Shown piece after piece: positions 41,388 to 51,740 of a stretch of 64,000 nucleotides of DNA. A model generated the notes under the pieces. That model saw nothing but the letters and a program-made list of their open reading frames with translations, was not told where the DNA came from and made no database searches. Every line of letters starts with the position of its first letter. Within the stretch, counting starts at the first letter, position 1. The stretch lies in NCBI GenBank assembly GCA_050179755.1, contig JBFXEV010000001.1, positions 745,994 through 809,993 of the forward strand. Reading direction: 5' to 3'. The translations under genes and the position numbers were made by a program. The DNA comes from Candidatus Babeliales bacterium (GTDB lineage: Bacteria > Babelota > Babeliae > Babelales > JBFXEV01).

Positions 41388-43664
41388 ATGAAACGATTAT
41401 TCTTGGCTCTGCTTGTTTGCAGTGCATCACTTAATGTTTTCTGTGCGGGCACTCGCAATTTGATAATGCCAATTGATTGGGGTAAAGAAACTATTGAGAA
41501 TGAATTTAGAAATCAAAAATATACTTTCCCTCATGCTGAATTTGGGCCGCCAACGATGGCACTTATTATGGCCTTAATTGAGCAAGCAGCTCCCATTATT
41601 GTCAGTTCATCAACGTGGAAAAATGCCGTTGCTCGCGCGCAAATTTTTAAAGATGCGGTAAAGGGTGCCAATCTTTCTTACCTCAAGAAGTATCCTCTGT
41701 TTTCTAACCCTGAAAATATAAAAGCTTTTGCACAAGACCTGAGTAATGGTTATGATCCATCTGCTGATTTAATGCTACGAGGTATTGACTTGAAAATAGT
41801 GGATTATTATTACGCATATCAAGTTTTCTTTGCAAATAATCCGGCATTTAAGCCACAAGAATGGATTGTTAAAAAACTTTCGGATTATTTGTATCTATTA
41901 ATACCACTTTCGTATATGCAAGAAGTCCAGGCGCGCCACGATACGCCTGAAACTGTTGAATATGAAAAAGGTAAGCCACAAAGCCCACAATTTAACACGC
42001 CTTTATCAAAACGAGAGCAGCTTATTGGTATGAAATTTGAAAAATTTCCTGATATACCAGCCAAGACATTACTAGATATAAATGCGCATGTGCTGCAGAT
42101 AAACCATGATAATTATAAGATGTTAGTTCCTAAACGTGCATATAATATGGTACAACGTGCTATAGGCTTTAAATGGTTTGATTTGTTAAAAGGATTTTTA
42201 TTCGGTCAGCACGTAATTCATACAGTTTCGCAACTTTTTGTAACGCACACAGATCTTAAGTTTCCGGGTGGCAATAGAGAAAAAACAGATGTAAACGAAA
42301 CTCATTTTTTGCACGAGTGGCTTGTCTATCTTGATGGGCATGGTTCTGTTTCTCAACCAGGCGCTTTGCAGCCCTTTATTGCAGAGCATAAAGGGGGATT
42401 TTCGGCCCAAGTAGGTTATACAGCAGGCCTTGAACAGGGAGCGTTTCGTGAACTGCTTGGTTTTTTTAATAATCGTGTAAATACCGGGTCTTTTTTTTAT
42501 AGTTCATGTTATTCCGGTGGTCCACACTTATTTAAATTTTTTGAACATCATTGGGATTATCCACTCACACAAAAAGTTGGTAAAAAAGTGCAAGTGCAAA
42601 GATATAATATTGCAGTGCCTGATGTTTTTAATTATTTAATCATTGCTGCCAATCAATTTTATACGGTGACGTTTACAGGACTTTTTCACTATTGGTCTGA
42701 TAATAACACACATTATAACAAGCTTCCTTTAAGGGGACACATAAAAATTATTCCATTAGAGCGAATTATACCTCAGGATCGTGAAAGATATAAAGAATAT
42801 TTAAAACAAATGGATAAAATTAGTGGACTTATGTTTAGAGAATACTTTAAAAGCATGGCCCAATTATTGCATCCAGACGTAAGAATGTTTGCCGCACAAA
42901 GGGCCTCAAAGAAACAAAAAGTAGTAAAAATGCCGTCATTAAAAGAAGAGCTTATTAAAACTATTTCTTATGTACATCAATTTGATCTTTCAAAAAATTA
43001 CATGGTTCCTGCTATTCGATTACCATACACTGAATGGTTTGTATCTCTTGGCGATTTAGGAGCACAAATACAATTAGGTTCGCAAGAAACAGAAAAAATA
43101 AGAAAAGAGCGCGAAGAGCGAGAAGCTGCAGCACGTTCTTTACTTCCTAAAATTATACAAAAAGGACTTCCTGCCAAAGTAAAAGAAAGCCTTAAAAAAT
43201 TGCCGCTTGAACAGCAAGGCCACTATATTAAAGACCTTACTGGCAAAGAAAGATTCATGTGGAAAAAACAAGATATAGCTGCGCAAGATGCTGCTGCAAA
43301 AGAAAAAGAACGCAAAGAAAAAGAACGCAAAGAAAAAGAACTTCTTGAGCGCATGCAAAAAATGCGCCAAGAACAAGAAGAGCGTGAAAAGAAAAAACAA
43401 AAGCCACCAATTGTGCCGCAAGTAAAACCGCAAGATAAAGTGCCATTGCAACCATTGCCTACGCAACCCACTATTCAATTGCCAGCGGCACCAACGGGAG
43501 GAAAAACGCCTACTACATTACCAGCCAAGTTGCCTCCACCGCCATTTATGCAAGGGCCAGCGCAGCAGCCGGTTCCCTCAAATTTGCAGCAGGCACTAAA
43601 GCGACTTGAAAGGTCATTGTATTATATGGTTGATGCATTGTTAGTAGATGAAAATGGTAAGTAA
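41388..43664 (+). CDS. Exported protein with putative clan CD cysteine-protease dyad and charged/Pro-rich tail
   Basis: Signal peptide; VYLDGHG and FYSSCYSGG motifs. Confidence 0.6.
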   Translation: MKRLFLALLVCSASLNVFCAGTRNLIMPIDWGKETIENEFRNQKYTFPHAEFGPPTMALIMALIEQAAPIIVSSSTWKNAVARAQIFKDAVKGANLSYLKKYPLFSNPENIKAFAQDLSNGYDPSADLMLRGIDLKIVDYYYAYQVFFANNPAFKPQEWIVKKLSDYLYLLIPLSYMQEVQARHDTPETVEYEKGKPQSPQFNTPLSKREQLIGMKFEKFPDIPAKTLLDINAHVLQINHDNYKMLVPKRAYNMVQRAIGFKWFDLLKGFLFGQHVIHTVSQLFVTHTDLKFPGGNREKTDVNETHFLHEWLVYLDGHGSVSQPGALQPFIAEHKGGFSAQVGYTAGLEQGAFRELLGFFNNRVNTGSFFYSSCYSGGPHLFKFFEHHWDYPLTQKVGKKVQVQRYNIAVPDVFNYLIIAANQFYTVTFTGLFHYWSDNNTHYNKLPLRGHIKIIPLERIIPQDRERYKEYLKQMDKISGLMFREYFKSMAQLLHPDVRMFAAQRASKKQKVVKMPSLKEELIKTISYVHQFDLSKNYMVPAIRLPYTEWFVSLGDLGAQIQLGSQETEKIRKEREEREAAARSLLPKIIQKGLPAKVKESLKKLPLEQQGHYIKDLTGKERFMWKKQDIAAQDAAAKEKERKEKERKEKELLERMQKMRQEQEEREKKKQKPPIVPQVKPQDKVPLQPLPTQPTIQLPAAPTGGKTPTTLPAKLPPPPFMQGPAQQPVPSNLQQALKRLERSLYYMVDALLVDENGK

Positions 43665-43682
43665 AAAAATTATGGAGTAAGT

Positions 43683-45770
43683 ATGAAGAAGTTTATATAT
43701 CTGGGTGTGCTGTGCCTTTTTGCATCACAAGTATATGGTACCGGTTCACGTCACTTAATGCTTATGATGAACTGGATGGATGAAACGCTTAATGATGGTC
43801 AACAATTTGGTGCATTATCACAAGTAACCATATCTGCGCTGGAGCAACAAGCAGGCCCGGTGATTATTACATCGCAAACATGGCGCTCAATTATGGGGCG
43901 GGGAACTGATCGGAAGTACCCTGATTCAGATGTTTCTTATGGTGTATTTTATGGTTCTAATCCTTCATTTAGATTTAATGACTGGATTATAAAAAAACTT
44001 TCAGATTATTTGTATCTTTTTGTGCCCAAAAGTTATCTTAATGCTGTAAAAGCTAAAAAAGATAGTTTCAATCAAGATTTAAACACTGTTACTGCACTCA
44101 CGCAAGTTGATCGTGAACTTGGCATGAAGGTGAGTAAATTTCCTGACATGTCACAAAAGGATTTGTTTAATGTTGGTTATCATAAGGCGTATATTGAGGT
44201 AAAAAATTATAATAATATGATGCGTAAAAATGCTCATACAACCATGCAGCAATTGATTAGCAGTGGTAATGAACATATTGCAGAAATTTATTTTTTCAGC
44301 CAACACGTGCTGTATATGCTTGGCAAATTATTAATTACACGCGCGGATCTTATTTCTAAAATTGATCCACGCAAAAATATTGCGCAATTTAAGGAAGATA
44401 CAGAAAAAAATGAAGCATTACTGCTCCATGAATGGCTTGTGTATCTTGATGGTCATGGCAGCCCTTCCGATACGGGTCAAATACAACCAATTATTATTAA
44501 TAGGCCAGGTTATTATCCAGGCCCAAGTAATATTGGTATAACTGCCGGGCTTGAACATAATAGTTTTCAGCAACTTCTTAAATTTTTTAATGGCAGCGTG
44601 GTAACGGGCGGCATGCTCTATGCAAGCTGCTTTGCTGGTGGGCAACATCTTGCAAAATTGTATGAAAAAGAGTGGGATGCTTTTTTGAGAAATCCTCAAA
44701 AGCAAGTAAAAAAAGATAGCTATAATTATTTGATTTTAACAACAAATATTTGGTATACAGAAACAGCATCAGCGGTGCTTGATTTTGTGAAGTTTCCTGC
44801 TTTTTTTAGTAGCTTACATGGATTTATACATCAATCACTTAAACCCGCAGCAAAAAAATATGTAAAAGGCAAAGCAAAACAACCGGTTAAAAAAGGATCC
44901 ACGTTTGAAGTTACTGCACAACTTGCAGCGATTATTAGAAATGTGAGCGAGTTTGATTTAAAAAAACGTTGGCAAGTGCCGGGCGTGCGCTTTCCTTATA
45001 CAGAATGGTTTGTGGCAATAGATGACCCTACGTTGCCTATTATTTTTGAAAAAAGTAGTAATAGAGTGGTGCAAAGCAAAAAGAAATTTGTGCAAGAAAA
45101 AAAGACTACTGCCTTGCATGAAGCTATTCGCAAAAAGTATGCTGGGCAGCAAATTGCGCAAGAGCTGGCTGATTTGGCAGAACAACGCCGAAAAGAACTT
45201 GAAGCAATTCGCGTAAAAGAAGCCAAAGCAAAAGAAAAAGAATTATATGCGGGCATCATGAAGTTGCAGCAAGTACAAACTGATAAAACATCACAACCTC
45301 CAACTGCTGCGCCAACGCCGCAAAAACCACCAGTTCAAAAACCACCAGTTCAAAAACCACAGGCGCAAAAGCCACAGCAACAAGAATCAGAAGCATTTAT
45401 TCCGGAATCATATAAGCCACAAGCGCAAAAACCACAACCAACTGCAGTATCTGGCAAACTTAAAAATGCTTTATCAGAATTACAAAATGCACTCGGCCAA
45501 CTTGAAAATAAACTCTATTATCAACCAAAACCAACGTATCAGCAACCAACGTATCAGCAACCGGCATATCAACCTCAGTATCAGCCTCAACAAGAACCTG
45601 AATATGAGCAAGAATATGAAGAGGAAGAGCCTCAAGAAGGTGAATATTATGAAGGTGATTATTATTATGAAGATGACTATGAACAAGATGGCGATAACTA
45701 CGGCCAAGGCGATTACTATTATTATGATGATGATGGTTCAGATTCAGAATATGAATACTATTATTACTAA
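43683..45770 (+). CDS. Tandem paralog: exported putative clan CD protease with Pro/Gln-rich and Tyr/acidic tail
   Basis: Signal peptide; HEWLVYLDGHG, LYASCFAGG; KKLSDYLYL and PYTEWFV shared with the preceding gene. Confidence 0.6.
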   Translation: MKKFIYLGVLCLFASQVYGTGSRHLMLMMNWMDETLNDGQQFGALSQVTISALEQQAGPVIITSQTWRSIMGRGTDRKYPDSDVSYGVFYGSNPSFRFNDWIIKKLSDYLYLFVPKSYLNAVKAKKDSFNQDLNTVTALTQVDRELGMKVSKFPDMSQKDLFNVGYHKAYIEVKNYNNMMRKNAHTTMQQLISSGNEHIAEIYFFSQHVLYMLGKLLITRADLISKIDPRKNIAQFKEDTEKNEALLLHEWLVYLDGHGSPSDTGQIQPIIINRPGYYPGPSNIGITAGLEHNSFQQLLKFFNGSVVTGGMLYASCFAGGQHLAKLYEKEWDAFLRNPQKQVKKDSYNYLILTTNIWYTETASAVLDFVKFPAFFSSLHGFIHQSLKPAAKKYVKGKAKQPVKKGSTFEVTAQLAAIIRNVSEFDLKKRWQVPGVRFPYTEWFVAIDDPTLPIIFEKSSNRVVQSKKKFVQEKKTTALHEAIRKKYAGQQIAQELADLAEQRRKELEAIRVKEAKAKEKELYAGIMKLQQVQTDKTSQPPTAAPTPQKPPVQKPPVQKPQAQKPQQQESEAFIPESYKPQAQKPQPTAVSGKLKNALSELQNALGQLENKLYYQPKPTYQQPTYQQPAYQPQYQPQQEPEYEQEYEEEEPQEGEYYEGDYYYEDDYEQDGDNYGQGDYYYYDDDGSDSEYEYYYY

Positions 45771-45795
45771 GGTTGGTTTTTTTAAATAAGTAACG

Positions 45796-45829
45796 TAAGG
45801 GGCCTGCAAAAAAGGCCCCTTATCTTTTT
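45796..45829 (+). terminator. Rho-independent terminator
   Basis: taaggggcc..ggcccctta followed by tcttttt. Confidence 0.8.
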
Positions 45830-45833
45830 ATTC

Positions 45834-45895
45834 GGCCGTGCCTCGATACTTTTTACTCGCCTTAAAAGGCATCGTAAAACACTCGGCATGAGCGG
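45834..45895. repeat. ATGAGCGG-family REP-like element
   Basis: cctcgatac..cactcggcatgagcgg, similar to 19703-19756. Confidence 0.6.
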
Positions 45896-46109
45896 TAGTT
45901 AATATTTTTCTTAAATTTTGTAGCAAATATATAAGGCAACGTATAGCTAGGGAGAGCGAAATGAATACTCTTTTAAAAAAGGACGTATTGTATAAATTAT
46001 ATAATTTCCCTGCATTGCAGAATAAACCCTTGCTTTTTCCTCTATAAAAATGCTATTTTGAAATTAAAGGGCTATGATGCCCTTGGTAAAAGCTTTTATG
46101 GGGAACGTT

Positions 46110-47963
46110 ATGAATTACAAATCACTCGTATTTTCATGTCTTGTTTTACTATGCTTAGGCCTTGCAGTGCGCAAGATCCGTAGCATGGAAGAAGTAATAA
46201 TGCCACAAGAAGCAGTAGAGCAAGCAGCAAGCTCAGCAGTACCGCCGCTCGCGCAACTTGCCATTCAGTCTGCAGTTGACCATATTTTTTCTACTGCAAA
46301 AACAATACAAGATATCCATGCTTTGGTGTTGCAATTACCTTATGCAGTGCAAGTGCCATTAGCTCTTGCCCTTGTGCAAGATGATCGTTATACAGGAACT
46401 GCTTTTAATAAACTGCAACTTGCGTATCACGTAAGTAAAGAAGATCAATATATACAGCGTGATCAGCTTGATGCGCTTTTTAATGAAGTGGTTAAAGGCA
46501 TTAACCCTTGCGATTTTGTATATAAAAAATTTGAAGAATTATTACCGGGCTATGACCCAAGCGTAGTTACCTTACGTGATGAACGTTTAATTAAAGCAAT
46601 TTTGCGCAAACCAGACTTACGTCTTGCCGATGTGCATCTTAAGCAACCAATGCTAACTATTCAGCCCATGCCCCAAGGTGCGTATAATGAAGAAATAAGC
46701 CCCGATGGTTCAATGTTTGCCTTTAGTATGGAAAATAATACGTTGGTTGTATGGAACATACAGGAGAATAAACCAGTATCTGTGATTAAACTGCCAGATA
46801 GTTTTGCGTTTGATGCGCCAAAGGCATGGTCGCCAGATTCAAGCATATTAGCTCTTGCTGATAATAGAGGTAACGTTTATTTTTGGCATCTTGGTGCGCA
46901 TGCGCAGCCGACAGTGCGTTTGAAAGTAACGGGTATGCATCCTCAATTTCATAATGATAATGAGCCTGATGAAGATGATCCCTATATTGCCAATTTTTTA
47001 AAATTATCTCCAGAAGATAGAACACTTATAAATGAGCTTGAGCCTATTAATTGGGTAGATGCTGAGCGTAACGTTGCATTAGTCTATACGCGGCAACCTG
47101 AACAAAAAAGAGGAATAACCTGGTTTATTAAAAGAGATTTGAATATTCGGCCACAACACTTTAAAGCTGATGACCAGCACGCGTTATACAGTATGTCATT
47201 TAGCCCAGATGGTTACTTTTTGGCAACAGTTTCTGATCTTGGCCGCGTGCGTGTATGGGATGTAAGAAATCTTCTCTATGGAGAGCAAGAAGTGTTAGAG
47301 CCTATGCCACCTTTATTTGATCATGAGTTTGGAGGGCGAACGCCAGTGGCGGTAGTATTAAGCCAAAATGCCAAAAGGCTTGCGATAGCACCGATCCAAA
47401 ATGAAATACACGTATATGATGTGCAAGAAGGCAAACTTATTGCGCGTGCTATGACAGATTCATTTGATACAGGGTATGTGGGCCTTGGTGCGCATGCACT
47501 AGCATTAAGTGCCGATGGCAAATATGTTGCTTTTACTGGCGAGGGTTACTACCATTTGTTTGATATTGATGAACAAGCATCTGTTTTATATTTTGACCGA
47601 GGGCATATAAGCCCTACGCAAGTATTTAGCCCCGGCCAGTCATTTAAGGGGGATGGTGGTTTTGTAGCGTGTGGATTAGAGAAAGAGCATCCATTAGTCG
47701 TTTACGGTATGCGATCGCGTGGTAATTTAAACGTGAAATTTCCATTTAAAAATGAGTTTGATGCACCTTCAGTGTTTAGCGGTGATGGCACGTACTTTGT
47801 GTCGCGAGGCCTTGAAAATTATAACATATGGCAATTGCCAGTGAACTATTTAAAAGGAAATCTAACATGGCAACAATTGCGGGACGTGCTTGCGCGCGCT
47901 TGCTTACAAGTTATGCCGGCAATGCCGGCACATGGTGCGCATGTTGAGCAAGGGAGGAACTAA
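46110..47963 (+). CDS. Exported WD40/beta-propeller protein
   Basis: ISPDGS..LVVWN, WSPDSS..VYFWH, FSPDGYFLAT..VRVWD repeats; signal from MNYKS. Confidence 0.85.
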   Translation: MNYKSLVFSCLVLLCLGLAVRKIRSMEEVIMPQEAVEQAASSAVPPLAQLAIQSAVDHIFSTAKTIQDIHALVLQLPYAVQVPLALALVQDDRYTGTAFNKLQLAYHVSKEDQYIQRDQLDALFNEVVKGINPCDFVYKKFEELLPGYDPSVVTLRDERLIKAILRKPDLRLADVHLKQPMLTIQPMPQGAYNEEISPDGSMFAFSMENNTLVVWNIQENKPVSVIKLPDSFAFDAPKAWSPDSSILALADNRGNVYFWHLGAHAQPTVRLKVTGMHPQFHNDNEPDEDDPYIANFLKLSPEDRTLINELEPINWVDAERNVALVYTRQPEQKRGITWFIKRDLNIRPQHFKADDQHALYSMSFSPDGYFLATVSDLGRVRVWDVRNLLYGEQEVLEPMPPLFDHEFGGRTPVAVVLSQNAKRLAIAPIQNEIHVYDVQEGKLIARAMTDSFDTGYVGLGAHALALSADGKYVAFTGEGYYHLFDIDEQASVLYFDRGHISPTQVFSPGQSFKGDGGFVACGLEKEHPLVVYGMRSRGNLNVKFPFKNEFDAPSVFSGDGTYFVSRGLENYNIWQLPVNYLKGNLTWQQLRDVLARACLQVMPAMPAHGAHVEQGRN

Positions 47964-48334
47964 TGAAAAAGAGTTTATACATGGTGCTTGCAGCTTTGAT
48001 CGTGGTGAAAACTGCATATGCAGCGCAGCCTACACGCATTCAAGTGCATACGCAAGAAGAAATTGATAAGTACGTGCAAGCAAATCCAGTGGTGTTTTTA
48101 TTAGTTTCTGCAAAATGGTGCCCACATTGCAGAGCGTTGCAACCAGTGGTTGATAAACTATCACAAGAATTAAAAAATATATTGTTTCTGGATATTGATT
48201 CAGAAAATAAGTCACTTGCACGTAAATATGCACCACAGGTATTTCCAACGATGCAGATTTATAAAAATGGGGAAGTGACCGAGACTATTGAAGGAACGCG
48301 ATCTCACGATCAATTAAGAGATTTAATGAAGTAA
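47963..48334 (+). CDS. Exported thioredoxin (WCPHC)
   Basis: AKWCPHC, cis-Pro FPT, signal peptide. Confidence 0.9.
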   Translation: MKKSLYMVLAALIVVKTAYAAQPTRIQVHTQEEIDKYVQANPVVFLLVSAKWCPHCRALQPVVDKLSQELKNILFLDIDSENKSLARKYAPQVFPTMQIYKNGEVTETIEGTRSHDQLRDLMK

Positions 48335-48362
48335 AAGTTGTAAAACATAAAAAGGAGATAGT

Positions 48363-48725
48363 ATGAAAAAGTTTATTTTGGCAGTAATAGTAGTTTTAGG
48401 TGCGCAGTCAAACATGCAAGCTGCATATAGTGAAGTTTCTTCAGCAGCAGATTTGAATTCTGCATTGCGCGGTGATAAATCTATTGTAATGTTTGGTTCT
48501 AACTCATGCCCACATTGCAGGCAAATGAAACCTCTCTTTACGCAAGCTGCACAGGGCAGCACTGCAACATTTATTTTTGTAGATACCAATAGATTATCAT
48601 CTGTTGCTGATCAATACGGTATTCGTGGCATACCCACTTTTAAATTATTTAAAAATGGCAGTGCTGTGGGTTCTCGCACAGGCAGCATGAGCAAAGCTGA
48701 ATTGACAAGTTTTGTAAATCAGTAA
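48363..48725 (+). CDS. Exported thioredoxin (SCPHC)
   Basis: CPHC, YGIRGIPT, signal peptide. Confidence 0.9.
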   Translation: MKKFILAVIVVLGAQSNMQAAYSEVSSAADLNSALRGDKSIVMFGSNSCPHCRQMKPLFTQAAQGSTATFIFVDTNRLSSVADQYGIRGIPTFKLFKNGSAVGSRTGSMSKAELTSFVNQ

Positions 48726-48735
48726 ACGGAATAGC

Positions 48736-49110
48736 ATGAAAAAATTTGTAATAATTGCACTCATTACCGTAGCAATATTTGGCCAACCAGCGCAAGCTGC
48801 AGGGGTTATGGAACCTAAAACAATGCAAGAATTTAGATCGCAAGTGGGTTTTGGCAAGGTAGCAATATTTTTGGGTACCATGGGCTGCCGACATTGCCGT
48901 GCTTTCTTGCCAAAATTTAGAGAGGCAGCTGCAGCAAATAATAATACAAAGTTTATTTTTGTAGAACTTGCAAGCCCACAGCTATCTGATTTATCTCATG
49001 AATATCGCACGCAAAGTCCAACGCTTGTAGTGCTTAAAAATGGCACTGAAGTAAGGAGAGTGCCAGCGACTGATTTAAATAAACAATCTTTACAAGCAGC
49101 GATTCAGTAA
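48736..49110 (+). CDS. Exported thioredoxin (GCRHC)
   Basis: CRHC, SPTLVVLKNG, signal peptide. Confidence 0.85.
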   Translation: MKKFVIIALITVAIFGQPAQAAGVMEPKTMQEFRSQVGFGKVAIFLGTMGCRHCRAFLPKFREAAAANNNTKFIFVELASPQLSDLSHEYRTQSPTLVVLKNGTEVRRVPATDLNKQSLQAAIQ

Positions 49111-49131
49111 TAAATTATAAAGGAATATACT

Positions 49132-49794
49132 ATGAAAAAATTATTATTAATGGCAGCAACATTATTGTTTGTACAAACAGTGGATCTTGTTGCAATGGAA
49201 AAAATAAAGCAATTAGTGGCAGTTAAAGGCAATCGTGCTGACATTAAATCGGTAAAGGAATTTGAAAATATTCTTCGTACTAATGATTCTGTGGTATTGC
49301 TTGTTTCAACGACCTGGTGTGGGCCTTGTAAAAAGGTAAAGCCGATTATTGAAGAGCTTACACGTGACTTGCCAAATGTTATGTTTGTGCATATTGATGG
49401 TGATAATCAAGATCTTTCATCATTAGTTGAAAAATACGCATCGCAAGGTTTTCCAACAATTAAATTTTTCAAAAAAGCACAAGAAGTTCAAGAAGTTATA
49501 GGGGCAGAAACAAAAGAGAAGTTGCGAAGCATAATTCAGCAAAAATTAGCTGGCGGCACGCAAGCTGTTGTAACAAAAAAACCAATCACTGCCGCGCAAC
49601 CAAAACAACAGGTGATAGCAAAACCGCATCCCGTTATAGTCAAGCCTGCGGCAGTTGCTGTTAAACCAAAAGCTCCAACACTGCCTGCAAGTTATGGAAA
49701 AGCGCCAATGTATACATATTCAGAAGATGAATCTTCATCTGGTTATTCATCTGAAGGTGAAAGTTCATCAGGATATTCTTCGAGCGAAGAATAA
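49132..49794 (+). CDS. Exported thioredoxin (WCGPC) with Pro/Lys and Ser/Glu tail
   Basis: WCGPCK, GFPTIKFF, signal peptide. Confidence 0.9.
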   Translation: MKKLLLMAATLLFVQTVDLVAMEKIKQLVAVKGNRADIKSVKEFENILRTNDSVVLLVSTTWCGPCKKVKPIIEELTRDLPNVMFVHIDGDNQDLSSLVEKYASQGFPTIKFFKKAQEVQEVIGAETKEKLRSIIQQKLAGGTQAVVTKKPITAAQPKQQVIAKPHPVIVKPAAVAVKPKAPTLPASYGKAPMYTYSEDESSSGYSSEGESSSGYSSSEE

Positions 49795-49820
49795 TATATT
49801 TTTTAATAAAAATAGATGAG

Positions 49821-49843
49821 AAGGGCCGCACATGCGGCCCTTT
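49821..49843. terminator. Terminator after GMC gene 1 (duplicated at 56993-57018)
   Basis: aagggccgca-ca-tgcggccctt. Confidence 0.8.
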
Positions 49844-49856
49844 GTTATAATGTGAT

Positions 49857-51635
49857 TTATTCACCGGCAAGTATAAAGTCAGAAATAGCCCAACCAACAA
49901 GCACCGCTGGAGTTCCTGTGTTACCATCAGGTACGTATGGCAAGATTGAATTATCAGCTACACGTAGACCTTTAGTACCAAACACACGACCATGCGGATC
50001 AACCGCAGCTACATCAGGAGTCAGACCAGCTGGGGTTGAAGACGTATAGTGATGGGATTGGAAGGTAGTAGCCAGAAGGTAATTTTCAAGTGCGGCTGTA
50101 TCATTAATGACATCTAGTGATGGTTGCAAAAGTGTCCATGTTTGCCCATTAGGCGCAGGATTATTTGAAAAATATTCAGTTAGATCTGCGACGAAGTTTT
50201 GGAATGCTTGAACGCATGTAGCCAAATCTGCCGATGTTCCACCAGGCCCCTCTGTATCACCGAAATAGTTTCCACTAACAAGTGGTATTTTAAATGGATC
50301 ATCATTCTGAATTGCGATAGTTCCTACGCTTACAGGATTTAAATGAGCAGGTCCTAAAAGCATTAAATCAGGAGCCAGTTGGACAGTAACCCATTGCATT
50401 TCACGCGGTGCAGATTGAGGATCCCCTACAATAGGTGTAATCGATGGTAAAAAGGCAGTTGCTGAATAGAGAGCCCACGGTTCAGTTGGAGGGACGAGTA
50501 CTGCACCTGGAATGGAGAACAGTGCAAATGGAATCGTATGATTGTAAAAGAATCCCACATTATCATTCTCAACACGTACCGGTACACCGGCAGCATTAAG
50601 TATGTCTTTTGGCCCGATACCATTACGTTGCAAGAACTGTGCACTTTGGAATCCAGCAGAAACAATTACTTCTTTGCGAGCAAAAATCTCATGGCATTCG
50701 CCATCTTGTGTATAGCGAACACCAATTACTTTATTTTTTTTGTTCCAAAGAAGATCAATTGCAGTTGCACGTAAATGCACTCGCAGTTTTCTGCCATTAA
50801 CTCCAAAACCATTAGGAGTCATTACATCAGAATTTAAGAAGGCAAATGCAGTGCTTTCTCTCAAGAAAATATCACCCACTGGCCGCACTTGATTATCACT
50901 TCTGAGACTTGTACCAATAGGTGTTGTTGGGTCATTGTAATCATCAATTATAGGCGAATTGCTGGCTGCTGCCATTGCGTTAGCCAGATAGTGATTATCT
51001 TCAGTGGGAGTAAATGCCAGTGCTACATTAGTCCATGGGCCATTTGTGCCACGTGCAGGGCTAGCAACAAAAGGTGCTATAAACGTTTCAAGCTTTTTGT
51101 AACGTGCAAGCGTTTTGTCAAGCGACCAATCGGGTCCAAGTAAATCGGCCATGTTTGACCAGTAGGTATTACTTCCACGTACCACGATCATGCCATTAAT
51201 AGAGGAACTACCGCCCAGTAGCCTTCCTGCTGTCCACTGAAAGCTTCTATTATCCATTTGCGGTTGAATGACTTGTTCACCTTGCCAGAAGTAATAGGGG
51301 TAATAATTGGGCAACAAATTCAGGTAACCACTTGCAGGAACTTCAATCACTTCATCATTATTGTTATTATCCCCAGCTTCAAGACCGATAACTGAGGTTT
51401 TCTTATCATTTGTTAAGCGATTGGCAATCACAGCTCCAGCGGTACCCATGCCAATGATAATATAATCGGCATCGTAATGCTTTTTTTTCTTATGTTTTGG
51501 TTTGCAAGGCTTAATGGGTTTTGTGCAGCAAATTTTTGTTTGATCGGCAAATAATGCTACTGGTGAGAATGCTTGCAAGAGCAAACTCCAGGCAAGAATT
51601 CTTGCTATTTTTTTTTGAATGTTTAGTTTCATCAT
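49857..51635 (-). CDS. Exported GMC (glucose-methanol-choline) FAD oxidoreductase, copy 1
   Basis: IIIGMGTAG FAD motif, GRLLGGSSSING, catalytic-region SHH, GLRVADNS..P..GNT; signal peptide plus Cys/Lys/His-rich segment. Confidence 0.93.
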   Translation of the reverse strand: MMKLNIQKKIARILAWSLLLQAFSPVALFADQTKICCTKPIKPCKPKHKKKKHYDADYIIIGMGTAGAVIANRLTNDKKTSVIGLEAGDNNNNDEVIEVPASGYLNLLPNYYPYYFWQGEQVIQPQMDNRSFQWTAGRLLGGSSSINGMIVVRGSNTYWSNMADLLGPDWSLDKTLARYKKLETFIAPFVASPARGTNGPWTNVALAFTPTEDNHYLANAMAAASNSPIIDDYNDPTTPIGTSLRSDNQVRPVGDIFLRESTAFAFLNSDVMTPNGFGVNGRKLRVHLRATAIDLLWNKKNKVIGVRYTQDGECHEIFARKEVIVSAGFQSAQFLQRNGIGPKDILNAAGVPVRVENDNVGFFYNHTIPFALFSIPGAVLVPPTEPWALYSATAFLPSITPIVGDPQSAPREMQWVTVQLAPDLMLLGPAHLNPVSVGTIAIQNDDPFKIPLVSGNYFGDTEGPGGTSADLATCVQAFQNFVADLTEYFSNNPAPNGQTWTLLQPSLDVINDTAALENYLLATTFQSHHYTSSTPAGLTPDVAAVDPHGRVFGTKGLRVADNSILPYVPDGNTGTPAVLVGWAISDFILAGE

Positions 51636-51653
51636 ATTCGTTTCGAATAATAA

Positions 51654-51740
51654 TTAATACGATACATGGTTAACAGGTTCAACGTACCAGTATGCATGAA
51701 GTGAATAATAAGATTGGTAAGACTGGTGGCTTCTTTTCAA
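51654..51740 (-). promoter_or_regulatory. Conserved leader (putative short uORF or RNA stem) of GMC copy 1
   Basis: GAGGAG SD, TTG-start 28-aa ORF containing KRSHQSYQ; 19-bp block identical to 58853-58871. Confidence 0.4.
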
